Under the pieces are notes generated by a model. That model was not told the origin of the DNA and ran no database searches. It saw only the letters and a list, made by a program, of their open reading frames with translations. Of a stretch of DNA of 64,000 nucleotides, positions 27,617-37,966 are shown in pieces. Each line of letters starts with the position of its first letter. The stretch's first letter is position 1. The translations under genes and the position numbers were made by a program. The DNA is from a virus, in the IMG/VR virus record IMGVR_UViG_3300044675_002751, positions 24,090 to 88,089 of that record; one strand, 5' to 3'.

Positions 27617-30600
27617 TTACTTTGTTTTACATCCTAGGTTCTGAAGAAGATTGTTAAGATTTTGCTGGTTATCTGTACCTGCAGCTTTAGCCGCATTCTC
27701 TCCTGCTTGTTTTACTGCAGCAGAATTTTGTGTAAATGCACTTTTAGTATCCTGTGAAGCCTCGACTTCTTTTTTATCTTGCGGGGTTATTTCTATATCT
27801 GGGGTGGGTTCCATAGAGACAGCTTTACCAGGTTCAACATTAGAGATTTTCTGAGACAGGTCTTTGGCAGCAATAACTTCTGCAACACTCTGTGAACTAC
27901 CGGCAATCTTTACACTTACTTCGTTATTGTTTACAGATTTTACAAAGCCTTTTCTACCGTCTACAAATGTAACTATATCACCTTTCTGTAGATCTTTTGG
28001 GGATATGTTCTGTAGAAGTTCTCCACGTCTTTTAGCAAGCATTGTAGTTATATCTTTACTCTTAGCTTGACCAGTAGAGATAAGCTCAATAAGATCTATT
28101 GTAATTGGTTTACTATCTGCTTTAGATAAATCAGGAAGGTCTTTAATAGAAGATACAGAATCTATAAGTTCCTGAGCTTTTTGAGAACCTGTTTTTTCTG
28201 CAGGTCCAGGCTTTTCTGTTTCATCTACTTCAGGAGTAGTTTCAGCAGGTTTAGCTCCTTCTAAAGCAGCTAGTTCTGCGTTATATTTAGTATTTAAAGC
28301 ATCAACTGCATCTTGATACTTTTTAATGTAAGTAGTTTCATCTACTCCAAGTTTCTTAGCATCATCCTTTAAATTAGCCTGGTTAGGAAGCTGCCACTTA
28401 TTAGTACTGGCATTCCAAAATGATTTACTAACTAAGTAATTATTGTCTCTATCTACAATAGCAGCAATCTTTTCATTCTTATCTGCATACGCAAATAGAC
28501 CATTGCCTAAATCTATATAAACACCGTTAGGTAGTGCTTGAGATAAAGGAATGCTGCCTGAGATTGTACCATATAGTGTTTTTTCTATATCAGCTTTCTT
28601 ATCAGAAACTTGTGTAACAACAGGTTCTGTACGAGCTGTTCCTTGTGCTTGTGCAAGAGGAGAATCGTTAGGTTGAAGAACAGCCGTTGTAGTACTTGTT
28701 GTGGCTGGCGTAGCTGCTGCTGCAGGTTGAGCTTTTCCTTTGTTAAACTGAGCTTTAATCCTAGCAGCTCTTGGGGAAATACGTACAAACTCATCAAAGC
28801 TCATTTCTGAACCATACTCTTCTATGTATTGATTATAAGCGTCCTCAAGTTTAAGTTGAAGTTCAGGATCTAAAACTTCTGCAGCAGGTGTCGTAGTACT
28901 AGTAGTATCAGCTGGTTTAGAGTCTTGAGTAGCTACTGGTTTTTCAACAACTGGGTCAGCTGTAACAGGAGGAGCATCATCTCTAATCTGATCATCTATT
29001 TCCAAAATAGCCTGTACTGCAGCATACTTAGGTGAACTAGGATCCAGATCTTTTAATGTACCAGCATCAATAAACGTAGTAGGTTTTTTACCTGTACGTA
29101 CGAACTCTTGAAGTTCTTCAGGATCCAACATTACTCCCTGAGCAGTTATTGCTTTAATAAGCTCATTCATTTCCATAATACGCTGACCACGCTCTATACG
29201 GGTAGCTGTGTCTGCTTCTCTATTTTGAAACAAGTCCGTTAACTTAGCATTTAATCTTTCAGCATGCTTAAAAAGATTACCAGGGTCCAGTAGGTTATTA
29301 ACTATTTGATTATAATTACGAGCATTACTATTTAGATTATAGTAGTCTAATAGTTTTACAAAAGAGTCATCAATCTTATCATCAAATACGTAATCACTAT
29401 TTACAGCAGCTATCTGCTTTAAATAAGCTTTATAACTTTCTTTTAAAGGATCAATAGTGTCTTGTCCAAACTGTATAATAATCTGACCGTTCTCTTCTAC
29501 CTCAGTAGTGTTTGCTTTTTCAAGATGGGTACGAAGCTTATCTCTATAATCCATTAACCGGTCAAGTCTTTCTTTCTTTTGCTCTCCTAGTTTCTTTTGT
29601 TCAGGTTCTGTAATTGCCTGGTAGGATTTAACTTCTTTGTCAAGAAGAGATATTTCATTATCAAGAACATCTAAACTTGTAAGGACAGTAAAGTCTGATG
29701 AAGAAGCTTTTGATACAGGACGGTTGCTAGCAAGATCACTATATAAACCATTCATTCTTTGTAACGAACGGTCAAAGTTATACTGAGAAGCAATAGCTGT
29801 TTTCTTTGCTGCTTCAAATGCTCTGAAGGCAATAGCTTCCTGAGTAAACTCAGGAGTGCCTTTCTTTATCTTGTTAGGTGTAAATGGATTCTTAAACTGC
29901 TTACTGATAGTATCATATCTATGTTTTATTTCTTCAGCACGTGATATGATCTCTTGAAGTTTCTCTGTATTTTTAGCTGACTCAGGTGTACCAAGAAAAT
30001 TAGCAAGTTCTTTACTATCAAGTTTAGAAAGTTCCTTGTAGTTATCTATTAATCCTTCAAATGTTCCGTTGTCCAGAGCAGTAAAGATGTGGTCAAACAT
30101 CTTTAAATCTTTAGCATCCTGGAATGTTTTAGCATCCCCTGCAGCCTCAGCTTGGTTCATCACATCTGAAGTGTGTTTCTGTACAACAGCACTCTCGTTA
30201 GTAGAACTAAAATATTTAAGAGGATTTTTATAAAGTTCATTTAACCCATCAATAGCTTCTTGACGTGTTTTCTGTTTGTTAGCTTTAAATTCAGCATACT
30301 TTTTTGGCTGAGCCACTCTATAATAAATACTAGGTACATCTTTAAGGAAAAGATTCTGAGCTTTTCCCATAAACCCTCCCATAAGAAATCCTGAAGCAAA
30401 AGTGTCTAGTCCACGAGTAGACGTAAATTCTTTACTGATTGCATCCCACGCATGACCAGCAGCATAATCAAAACCACCTAGTGTAGGATCTTTATATACT
30501 CCATCATAGTATGCACTAACAGCATCTGATGTTACATTCTGTAAGTTTTCCTGAATACCCTCAGCAAAGTTTCTTCTAAAGTAACTTAATCCCATGCCAA

Positions 30601-32029
30601 CATAAGCCTTTGGGTTCATTAAGTTATTTTTAGTACTCTTTACCCATCCGTCCGCCAAGGCATCAAAATATCCTGTTCCCTTCTTAAACCCAACACCTTT
30701 TTGTGCCATCTCAGCTGCCTCATCCAGGGTCTTAAAACCACGGAACTTAAACAGACCGTCAAGCACAACACGGTTGGTCAGGTATATAGTAGGGAAGTTA
30801 ATAGCTGTTACACCATAACCAGTATCTTCTGCTTGCTCATATATTCTTTCAAGATCTTTTCCTTCTGGAGCTTTACCGTTGTCTTTCTCATATTTATCCA
30901 TCAGCTCGTTAATCTTATCTAACCTAGCACTACCACCTTCTAACTTTGATTCAGAAAGTGCCAGATTAAGATCACGCATATCTCTATAGAAAGATCCAAA
31001 TGTCTGCTTAGCTTTAGCTGCATTACTTGCATTACGAATACTTGCAGTACCCCTTGCCATATCTACAACATCATCTGTAGTACGTGTAAGAGGATTTACA
31101 AACTGTAAAGCTCCTTTACCTAAAGTGTAAGCACCAGCTTTTGCTGCTGTATAAAATGTCTTTGCGTCTTGTATTTTAGAAAGAGACTTAGCAAGAGCTA
31201 CTCCTCCGCTTGCAATATTACCTATAGCATTAGTATTGTATCCTTGCTTTACTCCTTTACCAAAACGAGCAAAGTTTGCTGCTGTTCTCATTGCAGCAAT
31301 ACCACCCATTGCACCTTCAGAAACAACGGTTGCACCAAACAATGCAGCTTCTTCAGCTAAAATACTTAAACCAATACCGACTGTATATGCAGAGTTAAGA
31401 GCAAAGTTATTTACCCAAGCTCCTACTCCGGCTAGTCCTCCTTCTCTGCTAGACATCCCTATAGACTGAAGTCTTGCAAAGTTTTCTGCAGTCTGATCAT
31501 CAGGACTAAAAAAATCATCACCTTTTGCTAAACTTGCCATTGATCTATAACCAGATACACCTCCTTCATAAGCTAGTGATCCAAAGACAGAAGCCATACG
31601 ACCATAGTCCTGCCAGATAGTAGTGTTCTTATTAAAGTTCTTTTCGTTATCTACAAAAGGAGAAAAGCCCACCTTGTTAAATGTCTCTTTACCATAGCCT
31701 AGATAACGATCTACGTTTAGTTTCTTAGCATCAAATTCTGCTACCCTAGCTGCTTGAAACTGGTTACGACTTTGATTAGCCATCTGAGCAATACCGCCAC
31801 CTTCTGTTAATCCTTTTAACCACTGACGCTGTATATCTGAACGCTTTTTTAGATCAGCCATAGTTACTGGCTTCTTCTTAGCAGGAGGATCACCAGGATC
31901 AGTTTGGTTATTTTCTAACTCCTGTAAATCAAAAGCACCTAGTGCATCTGTAGGGTCTGTAACACCTCCCAGATCTAGACCAGCACCTATTGCCTGAGTA
32001 TCAAGAGTATTTAATGTATCTACTGCCAT
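27617..32029 (-). CDS. Large virion ejection protein with putative membrane-spanning segments
   Basis: Gly/Ala-rich hydrophobic segments at about aa 200-250 and 545-560, EGIQENLQ motif, coiled coils; immediately upstream of the RNAP. Confidence 0.75.
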   Translation of the reverse strand: MAVDTLNTLDTQAIGAGLDLGGVTDPTDALGAFDLQELENNQTDPGDPPAKKKPVTMADLKKRSDIQRQWLKGLTEGGGIAQMANQSRNQFQAARVAEFDAKKLNVDRYLGYGKETFNKVGFSPFVDNEKNFNKNTTIWQDYGRMASVFGSLAYEGGVSGYRSMASLAKGDDFFSPDDQTAENFARLQSIGMSSREGGLAGVGAWVNNFALNSAYTVGIGLSILAEEAALFGATVVSEGAMGGIAAMRTAANFARFGKGVKQGYNTNAIGNIASGGVALAKSLSKIQDAKTFYTAAKAGAYTLGKGALQFVNPLTRTTDDVVDMARGTASIRNASNAAKAKQTFGSFYRDMRDLNLALSESKLEGGSARLDKINELMDKYEKDNGKAPEGKDLERIYEQAEDTGYGVTAINFPTIYLTNRVVLDGLFKFRGFKTLDEAAEMAQKGVGFKKGTGYFDALADGWVKSTKNNLMNPKAYVGMGLSYFRRNFAEGIQENLQNVTSDAVSAYYDGVYKDPTLGGFDYAAGHAWDAISKEFTSTRGLDTFASGFLMGGFMGKAQNLFLKDVPSIYYRVAQPKKYAEFKANKQKTRQEAIDGLNELYKNPLKYFSSTNESAVVQKHTSDVMNQAEAAGDAKTFQDAKDLKMFDHIFTALDNGTFEGLIDNYKELSKLDSKELANFLGTPESAKNTEKLQEIISRAEEIKHRYDTISKQFKNPFTPNKIKKGTPEFTQEAIAFRAFEAAKKTAIASQYNFDRSLQRMNGLYSDLASNRPVSKASSSDFTVLTSLDVLDNEISLLDKEVKSYQAITEPEQKKLGEQKKERLDRLMDYRDKLRTHLEKANTTEVEENGQIIIQFGQDTIDPLKESYKAYLKQIAAVNSDYVFDDKIDDSFVKLLDYYNLNSNARNYNQIVNNLLDPGNLFKHAERLNAKLTDLFQNREADTATRIERGQRIMEMNELIKAITAQGVMLDPEELQEFVRTGKKPTTFIDAGTLKDLDPSSPKYAAVQAILEIDDQIRDDAPPVTADPVVEKPVATQDSKPADTTSTTTPAAEVLDPELQLKLEDAYNQYIEEYGSEMSFDEFVRISPRAARIKAQFNKGKAQPAAAATPATTSTTTAVLQPNDSPLAQAQGTARTEPVVTQVSDKKADIEKTLYGTISGSIPLSQALPNGVYIDLGNGLFAYADKNEKIAAIVDRDNNYLVSKSFWNASTNKWQLPNQANLKDDAKKLGVDETTYIKKYQDAVDALNTKYNAELAALEGAKPAETTPEVDETEKPGPAEKTGSQKAQELIDSVSSIKDLPDLSKADSKPITIDLIELISTGQAKSKDITTMLAKRRGELLQNISPKDLQKGDIVTFVDGRKGFVKSVNNNEVSVKIAGSSQSVAEVIAAKDLSQKISNVEPGKAVSMEPTPDIEITPQDKKEVEASQDTKSAFTQNSAAVKQAGENAAKAAGTDNQQNLNNLLQNLGCKTK

Positions 32030-32030
32030 A

Positions 32031-33899
32031 TTAATTACCAGATAACTGTTTAGGATCTCTGACGCCTTTAAGTTGTGAGTGCTCTCTTATCAACTGCCTG
32101 TTAATTCGGAAGTTCTCAAGAGCTTTCTTATATAGATCTATATCTAACTGATCCAGATCAACGCTCAGATCATGTCTATTTTTAACACCCGGTAAGTCTT
32201 TAATGTCAAATGTGTCCATTTTAGCCGTTTCCAAATTATAAGCAACACCATTTCCAGTGACCACATACTCACCTTTCTTCTTGTCCAATACTATATTATA
32301 GGTCATGCTGCTAGGAATAGTTCTACTAAAAGTACCGTTTCCACTAAGGTTAATCATACCTTCTACAGGAGATATGCTTGTACCTTTCATTGACTGCTTT
32401 CCTATTGTAGTAGTACCACTTACATTCTTTGGTACATAAATTGTAATACCGGATCTAACAAACTTGTGATTTTTACCATCTGAGTCCCTGGCAATGTCTG
32501 GATTGTCTTTTGTTCCAAGATGTCTGTCAAAATAAGAAGAACGCATTTTAATATGATAGGCATGGTAATTTTCATCACCACCGGATATCGGTACAAAAGA
32601 AATATCACCTGTTACACGTTTATCACTATTTTTTTTACGATCAGTGTTTACAATATCATCTTGTAAATCTTGCCAAATTACCTTAACCATATTCTTAGAA
32701 GCCTCATCAGTTTCAGACGGAATCTCAACATTGGTTTCATCTAACTCTCCTTGTGCAAAAAGTACATCATCACTACTAGTAATAACTTTCAGTAGATTAA
32801 TAGTATTTTTCATCTCCTCTTTTACCTGATTATCATCATCAAATGCATCATCCATATCAAACTTATACTGCTGTTTAGAAACAGTTGTTTTGATCCCACC
32901 TGCATTATTATCCATTAAACCTTCTGCTGCTGCTTTAATCTTTCTGGTTTTGGGATTCTTGTTATACTCTTCAAACACTCTTCTTAATACATCGTCATAA
33001 TTCAAATTCTTATATTTGTTAGCAAGTATTTGATACTGAGCTTGCTCAAGCATACCGTAACCTTCTTCACTATTTTGCATTTTAGGTCTAGAGTCTAGTG
33101 GAATCGTTTTACCACTTGAGGACGGAGTTACAACAACTCCATACGGAGTTTTAACACGTTGACCAGGCTTTGCCTCTTGAGCCCATTTACCAGCCATAGG
33201 GTTTGGCATGTCCGTACGCTGCATAAATAAAGATCCACCAAGAGGTTTAGGGTTTTTCTTTCTCCACTCTTCTAATTCTGTATTTATTAAATTAGCCTGG
33301 TATTGTTTTATATCTTTTATAGCCTGATTACGATTCTTAAATTGTCCGTCATCAGTTAACAATAGTTTATGCCAACCGTTGACTTTCATCTTAGCATCAA
33401 CATTAATAGCTGCATTTTTAATATCACCGAACATTATCTTATTTGCCTCAGCTATATATCCAAAATCATCATCTACTCTCTTTTGTAACTTAAGTAATTC
33501 AACAGCCTGGTCGTCATCAATGTCTGGATTTGTAGCAGCCATCTTAGCCTGCTCGTATAGCTGATCACCATATTTTTCTATGAGAGCTGGTATTTGATCT
33601 AAGTTTTCAATAGGTTTCCCTTTTATTTTAGGTAAACCCTGTGATAGCTGAAATGCTTGAACAACATAGTTACTTAAATCTTCATTGTATGCTTTATACT
33701 GATTTTGAAGATATTTATTATTTACTTCATACAAAGGAGTTTCATCTTTCTTCTGATTCTTTTCAACATAAATATGCCCACCCATCATAGAAGTCACCCT
33801 AACACCATCATCTTTTGATGTTGTTGCTGTTTCTTTAGTAGATTTGGTAGCACCTTTTATTGGATCTTCTCCCCCATCAAATGTTTGCATATCTTCCAT
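32031..33899 (-). CDS. Putative virion cargo protein
   Basis: 622-aa Cys-free ORF in the ejection module. Confidence 0.65.
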   Translation of the reverse strand: MEDMQTFDGGEDPIKGATKSTKETATTSKDDGVRVTSMMGGHIYVEKNQKKDETPLYEVNNKYLQNQYKAYNEDLSNYVVQAFQLSQGLPKIKGKPIENLDQIPALIEKYGDQLYEQAKMAATNPDIDDDQAVELLKLQKRVDDDFGYIAEANKIMFGDIKNAAINVDAKMKVNGWHKLLLTDDGQFKNRNQAIKDIKQYQANLINTELEEWRKKNPKPLGGSLFMQRTDMPNPMAGKWAQEAKPGQRVKTPYGVVVTPSSSGKTIPLDSRPKMQNSEEGYGMLEQAQYQILANKYKNLNYDDVLRRVFEEYNKNPKTRKIKAAAEGLMDNNAGGIKTTVSKQQYKFDMDDAFDDDNQVKEEMKNTINLLKVITSSDDVLFAQGELDETNVEIPSETDEASKNMVKVIWQDLQDDIVNTDRKKNSDKRVTGDISFVPISGGDENYHAYHIKMRSSYFDRHLGTKDNPDIARDSDGKNHKFVRSGITIYVPKNVSGTTTIGKQSMKGTSISPVEGMINLSGNGTFSRTIPSSMTYNIVLDKKKGEYVVTGNGVAYNLETAKMDTFDIKDLPGVKNRHDLSVDLDQLDIDLYKKALENFRINRQLIREHSQLKGVRDPKQLSGN

Positions 33900-33910
33900 A
33901 CAGTTCTTTT

Positions 33911-35332
33911 TTACTGACCTCCTTTATTTACATCACGAGAATCAAGATCAGAATTGTTTTGATCAACACCACCATTTATAATAGCATTCTGACTATTCTG
34001 CTTTTGCTCTTTTTGATTTCTTTCTTTTTTTTCTTTTTCAGTCTCAGGTTTATTACTTGAGTTAGGTTTAATACCTCTTTTAATCTGCTCATCCATAAAT
34101 AGGACTTTATTAAACTGCCTTAGATTTTCTAAAGTGATAGAACGATTTAAAGCTAGCTGGCTATTAAGTTTAGCCATATATTGAGGATCAGCTTTTGCAA
34201 TAGATTCTGCATCTTTGTATGCTAAGAGTCTAGCTATCTTATCAGCCTTATCTGTATAACTTGCAAATACTACAGCATTATCTACAGCTGTTCTTAAGTC
34301 ATCAATATTAGTAAGATCTGCTGTATTTAGTACGGTGCTTTCATTTCTACTGTTTTCTGCAGCTTCTTCTGCAGCTTGAAGTCTACTTACATCCTCTAAA
34401 TACTTCTTATGCTCATCACTACCAGGTATAATACCACGAGTTGTAATAACTTTTTCCCAAGAGTCTTTACGAGCTCTCAGATCTTTTACTTCTTGTGAAT
34501 CTGCAACTACCTGGTCTTTCTGCACCTTACCTAGTTGAGAGTATATCTCTTTTAAATACTCTCTTTCTGCAGCTTGTTCACTACCATAAACTGCAGCATT
34601 AGCTTTCATAAAGTCCCTACGCTGTACATAAGCCTCAGCTCTCATCATGTCCTTAATAGCTGGGTCACTAGCAAAGAGTGTATTTACCATAGACTGTGTA
34701 AGTGGTAAAGCAATATCACCATTCTTCTTGGTCCAGATGTACCCACCATCTCTAACATCTTGTTTAACACTTATACCCATTTCCTTATACATCTTAGTGG
34801 CAACACCCATAAGATCAACATTAGGAATATACTTAGGAGTGTTCATAGAAAGAGCACTAGCTCTATCTGCATTCTTAAACTCTTCAGCTTGGTATTGCAA
34901 ATATTTCATCCCAGTGTCCCAATATTGACGCCTAGTTTCAGGATTAGATGATGTACGCATTTGTTCAGCGTCACTAGCTGTCTGATAATAGCTTTTCGTC
35001 CAAAGAATATCTTTTATAATATCCTTGTCATTTTGCAATGGCTCAAACAAGTTTAATGCATACTCCTGGTTCTGAACTAAAGACAGATCCATGGTGCTAG
35101 CATTCTTTAAACTTTCTGAAATCTCTTTTAGGTAGGCATCACGTCTTTCTATATTACCATCACGCATTAAAGGTGACTGAAACACTGAATCATAAATTGA
35201 CTTTACTTTACGTGCACCCTCTGCATATGCGGTACTTCTGAGCATAAGACCACGCTCAACTCTATTCCAATCAGGTTTAAAGTTGGGCTGCTTTGGGAAG
35301 ACATCAGTAATACCAGGTAAGTATGTTGCCAT
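33911..35332 (-). CDS. Putative virion cargo/ejection protein
   Basis: 473-aa helical Cys-free ORF (MATYLPG...DLSLVQN); preceded by a promoter-like motif. Confidence 0.65.
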   Translation of the reverse strand: MATYLPGITDVFPKQPNFKPDWNRVERGLMLRSTAYAEGARKVKSIYDSVFQSPLMRDGNIERRDAYLKEISESLKNASTMDLSLVQNQEYALNLFEPLQNDKDIIKDILWTKSYYQTASDAEQMRTSSNPETRRQYWDTGMKYLQYQAEEFKNADRASALSMNTPKYIPNVDLMGVATKMYKEMGISVKQDVRDGGYIWTKKNGDIALPLTQSMVNTLFASDPAIKDMMRAEAYVQRRDFMKANAAVYGSEQAAEREYLKEIYSQLGKVQKDQVVADSQEVKDLRARKDSWEKVITTRGIIPGSDEHKKYLEDVSRLQAAEEAAENSRNESTVLNTADLTNIDDLRTAVDNAVVFASYTDKADKIARLLAYKDAESIAKADPQYMAKLNSQLALNRSITLENLRQFNKVLFMDEQIKRGIKPNSSNKPETEKEKKERNQKEQKQNSQNAIINGGVDQNNSDLDSRDVNKGGQ

Positions 35333-35337
35333 AAGGT

Positions 35338-35354
35338 TCTACATATATAATATA
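35338..35354 (-). promoter_or_regulatory. Putative phage late promoter motif TATATTATATATGTAGA
   Basis: Near-identical motifs upstream of other minus-strand genes at 51014-51030 and 56715-56730. Confidence 0.5.
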
Positions 35355-35363
35355 AACTAAAAT

Positions 35364-35391
35364 CTGCTAAGTTTAAAACTAAACTTAGCAG
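35364..35391. terminator. Perfect 12-bp inverted repeat (terminator or operator)
   Basis: CTGCTAAGTTTA-aaac-TAAACTTAGCAG between two genes. Confidence 0.6.
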
Positions 35392-35401
35392 GTTTAAAAG
35401 A

Positions 35402-37963
35402 CTAGTTGTTACTACCTAAAGAAAGACTTGATCTCCTACGACTGGAAGATTTGGGGAATCCAAAAGCATCATATGACTGTGTATTTGTCTGACGAGCTCC
35501 TGTCAAAGCTTGTATAGTCAAACGCTCTGCCATTTGTTCTCTACGCTTTTCATCTTTAATATCTTTCAAGTTGTCATATATATTCTTATACGTAGTGTTT
35601 GCAGATGCTCCTAGATTATCTAGACCTCCAGCTCCATTAGTTCCATAACCTGAAGCATACTTAAATATGTCACCCGCATTTCCTTTAAAAATGGTTTTAT
35701 AGCTTGCAGGATCACGGTAGAAATATGGATCACGCATATTAATATCATAAAGATCACCACGGTTTTCCCAAGCTGCTCCAAACTTATCTGCAACATTAGC
35801 CAGATATTCCCTCTGTGCATTTTCATAAGCTTGTCTTGCACGTACAGAGTTATCATAACGATCTTTAGCGTTCATGGTATTATACATTGTCACCTTGTCT
35901 TTACGATCCTGTTCCCTGGCAGAAAACTCGTTAAACACACCTACAGATTGTAAAGCATTATTAGCAATAGTCTGACCAACTGCGTCTCCTGTTTTACCAG
36001 CAAGGAATGAAAGATTTGAAGCTAAAGCAGAAGCAGGTCCGTATGTTGCCTGTGTATCCCCGGCAATATTATATGTTTGTTGTAACTGTTGAGCCTGGCT
36101 TAACCAATCAGGTAAAGCATATTGTCCTTTTTGAAATGCCATGTCTGGTGAAAAAGGCATATATACATTAGGAGGAATAGCTCCAGCAGCAAGTAGATTT
36201 GCTACGTCCGGAGCCAAAAATCCAAACGGAGCTTGTCTTGTAGGTCTTAACTCATCTGGTTTTTTTAATGGATCAGGATCTGGATCTTTCTTTTTTTCCT
36301 CAACAGGAGGATCTTCCTTTTTAACAGGTTTTTCTTTCTTCACCCAAGCTGGAGCACTAAATGTATGCTGACCAAACTTATCATCCAGACCGTAAGCATC
36401 TTTACCACTAAAGTAAGACGGGTCTACATTTTTATTATACCATTCCTGGAACTTGCGTGTTGAACCAACTTTTGTAGGATCCCAATTAGGATTTTGTTTA
36501 AAGAACTCAGGAAACCTCTTTTTAAAGTCAGCCATTCGTGCTGCACTAGTCCAGTCTTCTTTTCCATATACACGTTTATTACCAATAGCACTTTGTGTAG
36601 CTGGCATGTTTTCATCAAACCCTTCTGGATATATAAGATCGTAATCTTCTTTCTTCTTAGGTTCCAATACTGTTGTCTTAAATGCTGGTTGATATGTAGG
36701 CACTGTACTGCTACCTTTCTTTCCTTGAAACTTAGGCATAACATACCCACCATATGCCATTTCAGAGGCACCTAATATGGCTTCACTAAGAGCTGGTGCA
36801 GGAAGGCCTTTCATAGCTTCTTGTACCATAGCCAGCTTAGCAAGCATTTCATTATTTTTTTCAAACATACGTTTATCAGAGTTTATGCCTATACTATCAC
36901 TCTCACGAGTCTTATCTTCTAATCTGGCTTTGTAGTCATTGAGTTTAAACTTCTTTGCTATGGTTGCAGGTGTTACACCACCAGCTTTGTAACTCACACC
37001 AAACATTGCTAATATTTCTGGATCTTTAATCTTCATTTTCTTAGTATCTGAAAATATAAACGATCCTGCTGGAGCTTGTTCCTCAGTAAGCTTAGTACCA
37101 TTGTTATAGTGTCTTTCTCCACCTATAACAAAATGAGTACCGTCTGGACGCCATATAGTTTCTCCTCTTTCAGCTTCTAAGACTTTCATACCCGACTTTT
37201 CACTCATAGCATTTGTAGCTGTTTCAGAAGATGAATCTTCCATATCTGTGTACACCTTCCTGCGGCCAAGATCTAAACCATAGTTTGACTGTCCGCCATA
37301 TTCCATTTTAGGTGCACTTGTAATACGTATTTTCATAGGATTAATATTAGATTGTCCACCATAAGCAAACATACCTTCATTAGGTGTTGGTAGTTTATTA
37401 GGTTGAAATACACCAGAGTTTGTCATGTAGTTTCCTCTAAACATTTCAGTAGCCTGGGGATTAAGATTATTCATGTATTGCTGTCCTCTATCTTCATCTA
37501 GCTTTTTCTCATTTCCAAAATAGTTAGTAAAAAAATTACCAACATTTATTAGTCCTGTAGCTAAAGCACTATAAGCTCCAAGTTTTTTACCAAACTTATT
37601 AAAAGGACTTGCTTTAACGTCCTCAGTTGTGGTAGCAGTCTTTTGACTTGAGTTCATAGGATTAGAAGCTGTTCCCTCATTACCTGTAGTTTTGAAAGCG
37701 TTAGTAGGTAAACCTTTTTTACGTCTGTCACTAAACTCTCTCATCTTTTCAAATAATCTTTTTTCAGCTTCTGCCTCTTGTGGAGTGACACACTTCTGTA
37801 GTACTGCACTATAAGTTTGACCAGGAGGACATGTAGATGAATCACTAGGTTGATTATAAAAGTTTGCTGGATCATTCTCCCATTCAGAATGCCAACCAAC
37901 CTGGCTGGGTTCTTCATCACCCTGAAACTTTCTAACACCTTTTTTTGTAATACGTATTTTCAT
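35402..37963 (-). CDS. crAss-like virion cargo protein with xxGG motifs and an internal MKIRIT duplication
   Basis: EAERGE..GERHYNNGT..FIFSD motif recalled from crAss-like structural proteins; FAYGG, MEYGG, MAYGG. Confidence 0.7.
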   Translation of the reverse strand: MKIRITKKGVRKFQGDEEPSQVGWHSEWENDPANFYNQPSDSSTCPPGQTYSAVLQKCVTPQEAEAEKRLFEKMREFSDRRKKGLPTNAFKTTGNEGTASNPMNSSQKTATTTEDVKASPFNKFGKKLGAYSALATGLINVGNFFTNYFGNEKKLDEDRGQQYMNNLNPQATEMFRGNYMTNSGVFQPNKLPTPNEGMFAYGGQSNINPMKIRITSAPKMEYGGQSNYGLDLGRRKVYTDMEDSSSETATNAMSEKSGMKVLEAERGETIWRPDGTHFVIGGERHYNNGTKLTEEQAPAGSFIFSDTKKMKIKDPEILAMFGVSYKAGGVTPATIAKKFKLNDYKARLEDKTRESDSIGINSDKRMFEKNNEMLAKLAMVQEAMKGLPAPALSEAILGASEMAYGGYVMPKFQGKKGSSTVPTYQPAFKTTVLEPKKKEDYDLIYPEGFDENMPATQSAIGNKRVYGKEDWTSAARMADFKKRFPEFFKQNPNWDPTKVGSTRKFQEWYNKNVDPSYFSGKDAYGLDDKFGQHTFSAPAWVKKEKPVKKEDPPVEEKKKDPDPDPLKKPDELRPTRQAPFGFLAPDVANLLAAGAIPPNVYMPFSPDMAFQKGQYALPDWLSQAQQLQQTYNIAGDTQATYGPASALASNLSFLAGKTGDAVGQTIANNALQSVGVFNEFSAREQDRKDKVTMYNTMNAKDRYDNSVRARQAYENAQREYLANVADKFGAAWENRGDLYDINMRDPYFYRDPASYKTIFKGNAGDIFKYASGYGTNGAGGLDNLGASANTTYKNIYDNLKDIKDEKRREQMAERLTIQALTGARQTNTQSYDAFGFPKSSSRRRSSLSLGSNN

Positions 37964-37966
37964 AAG

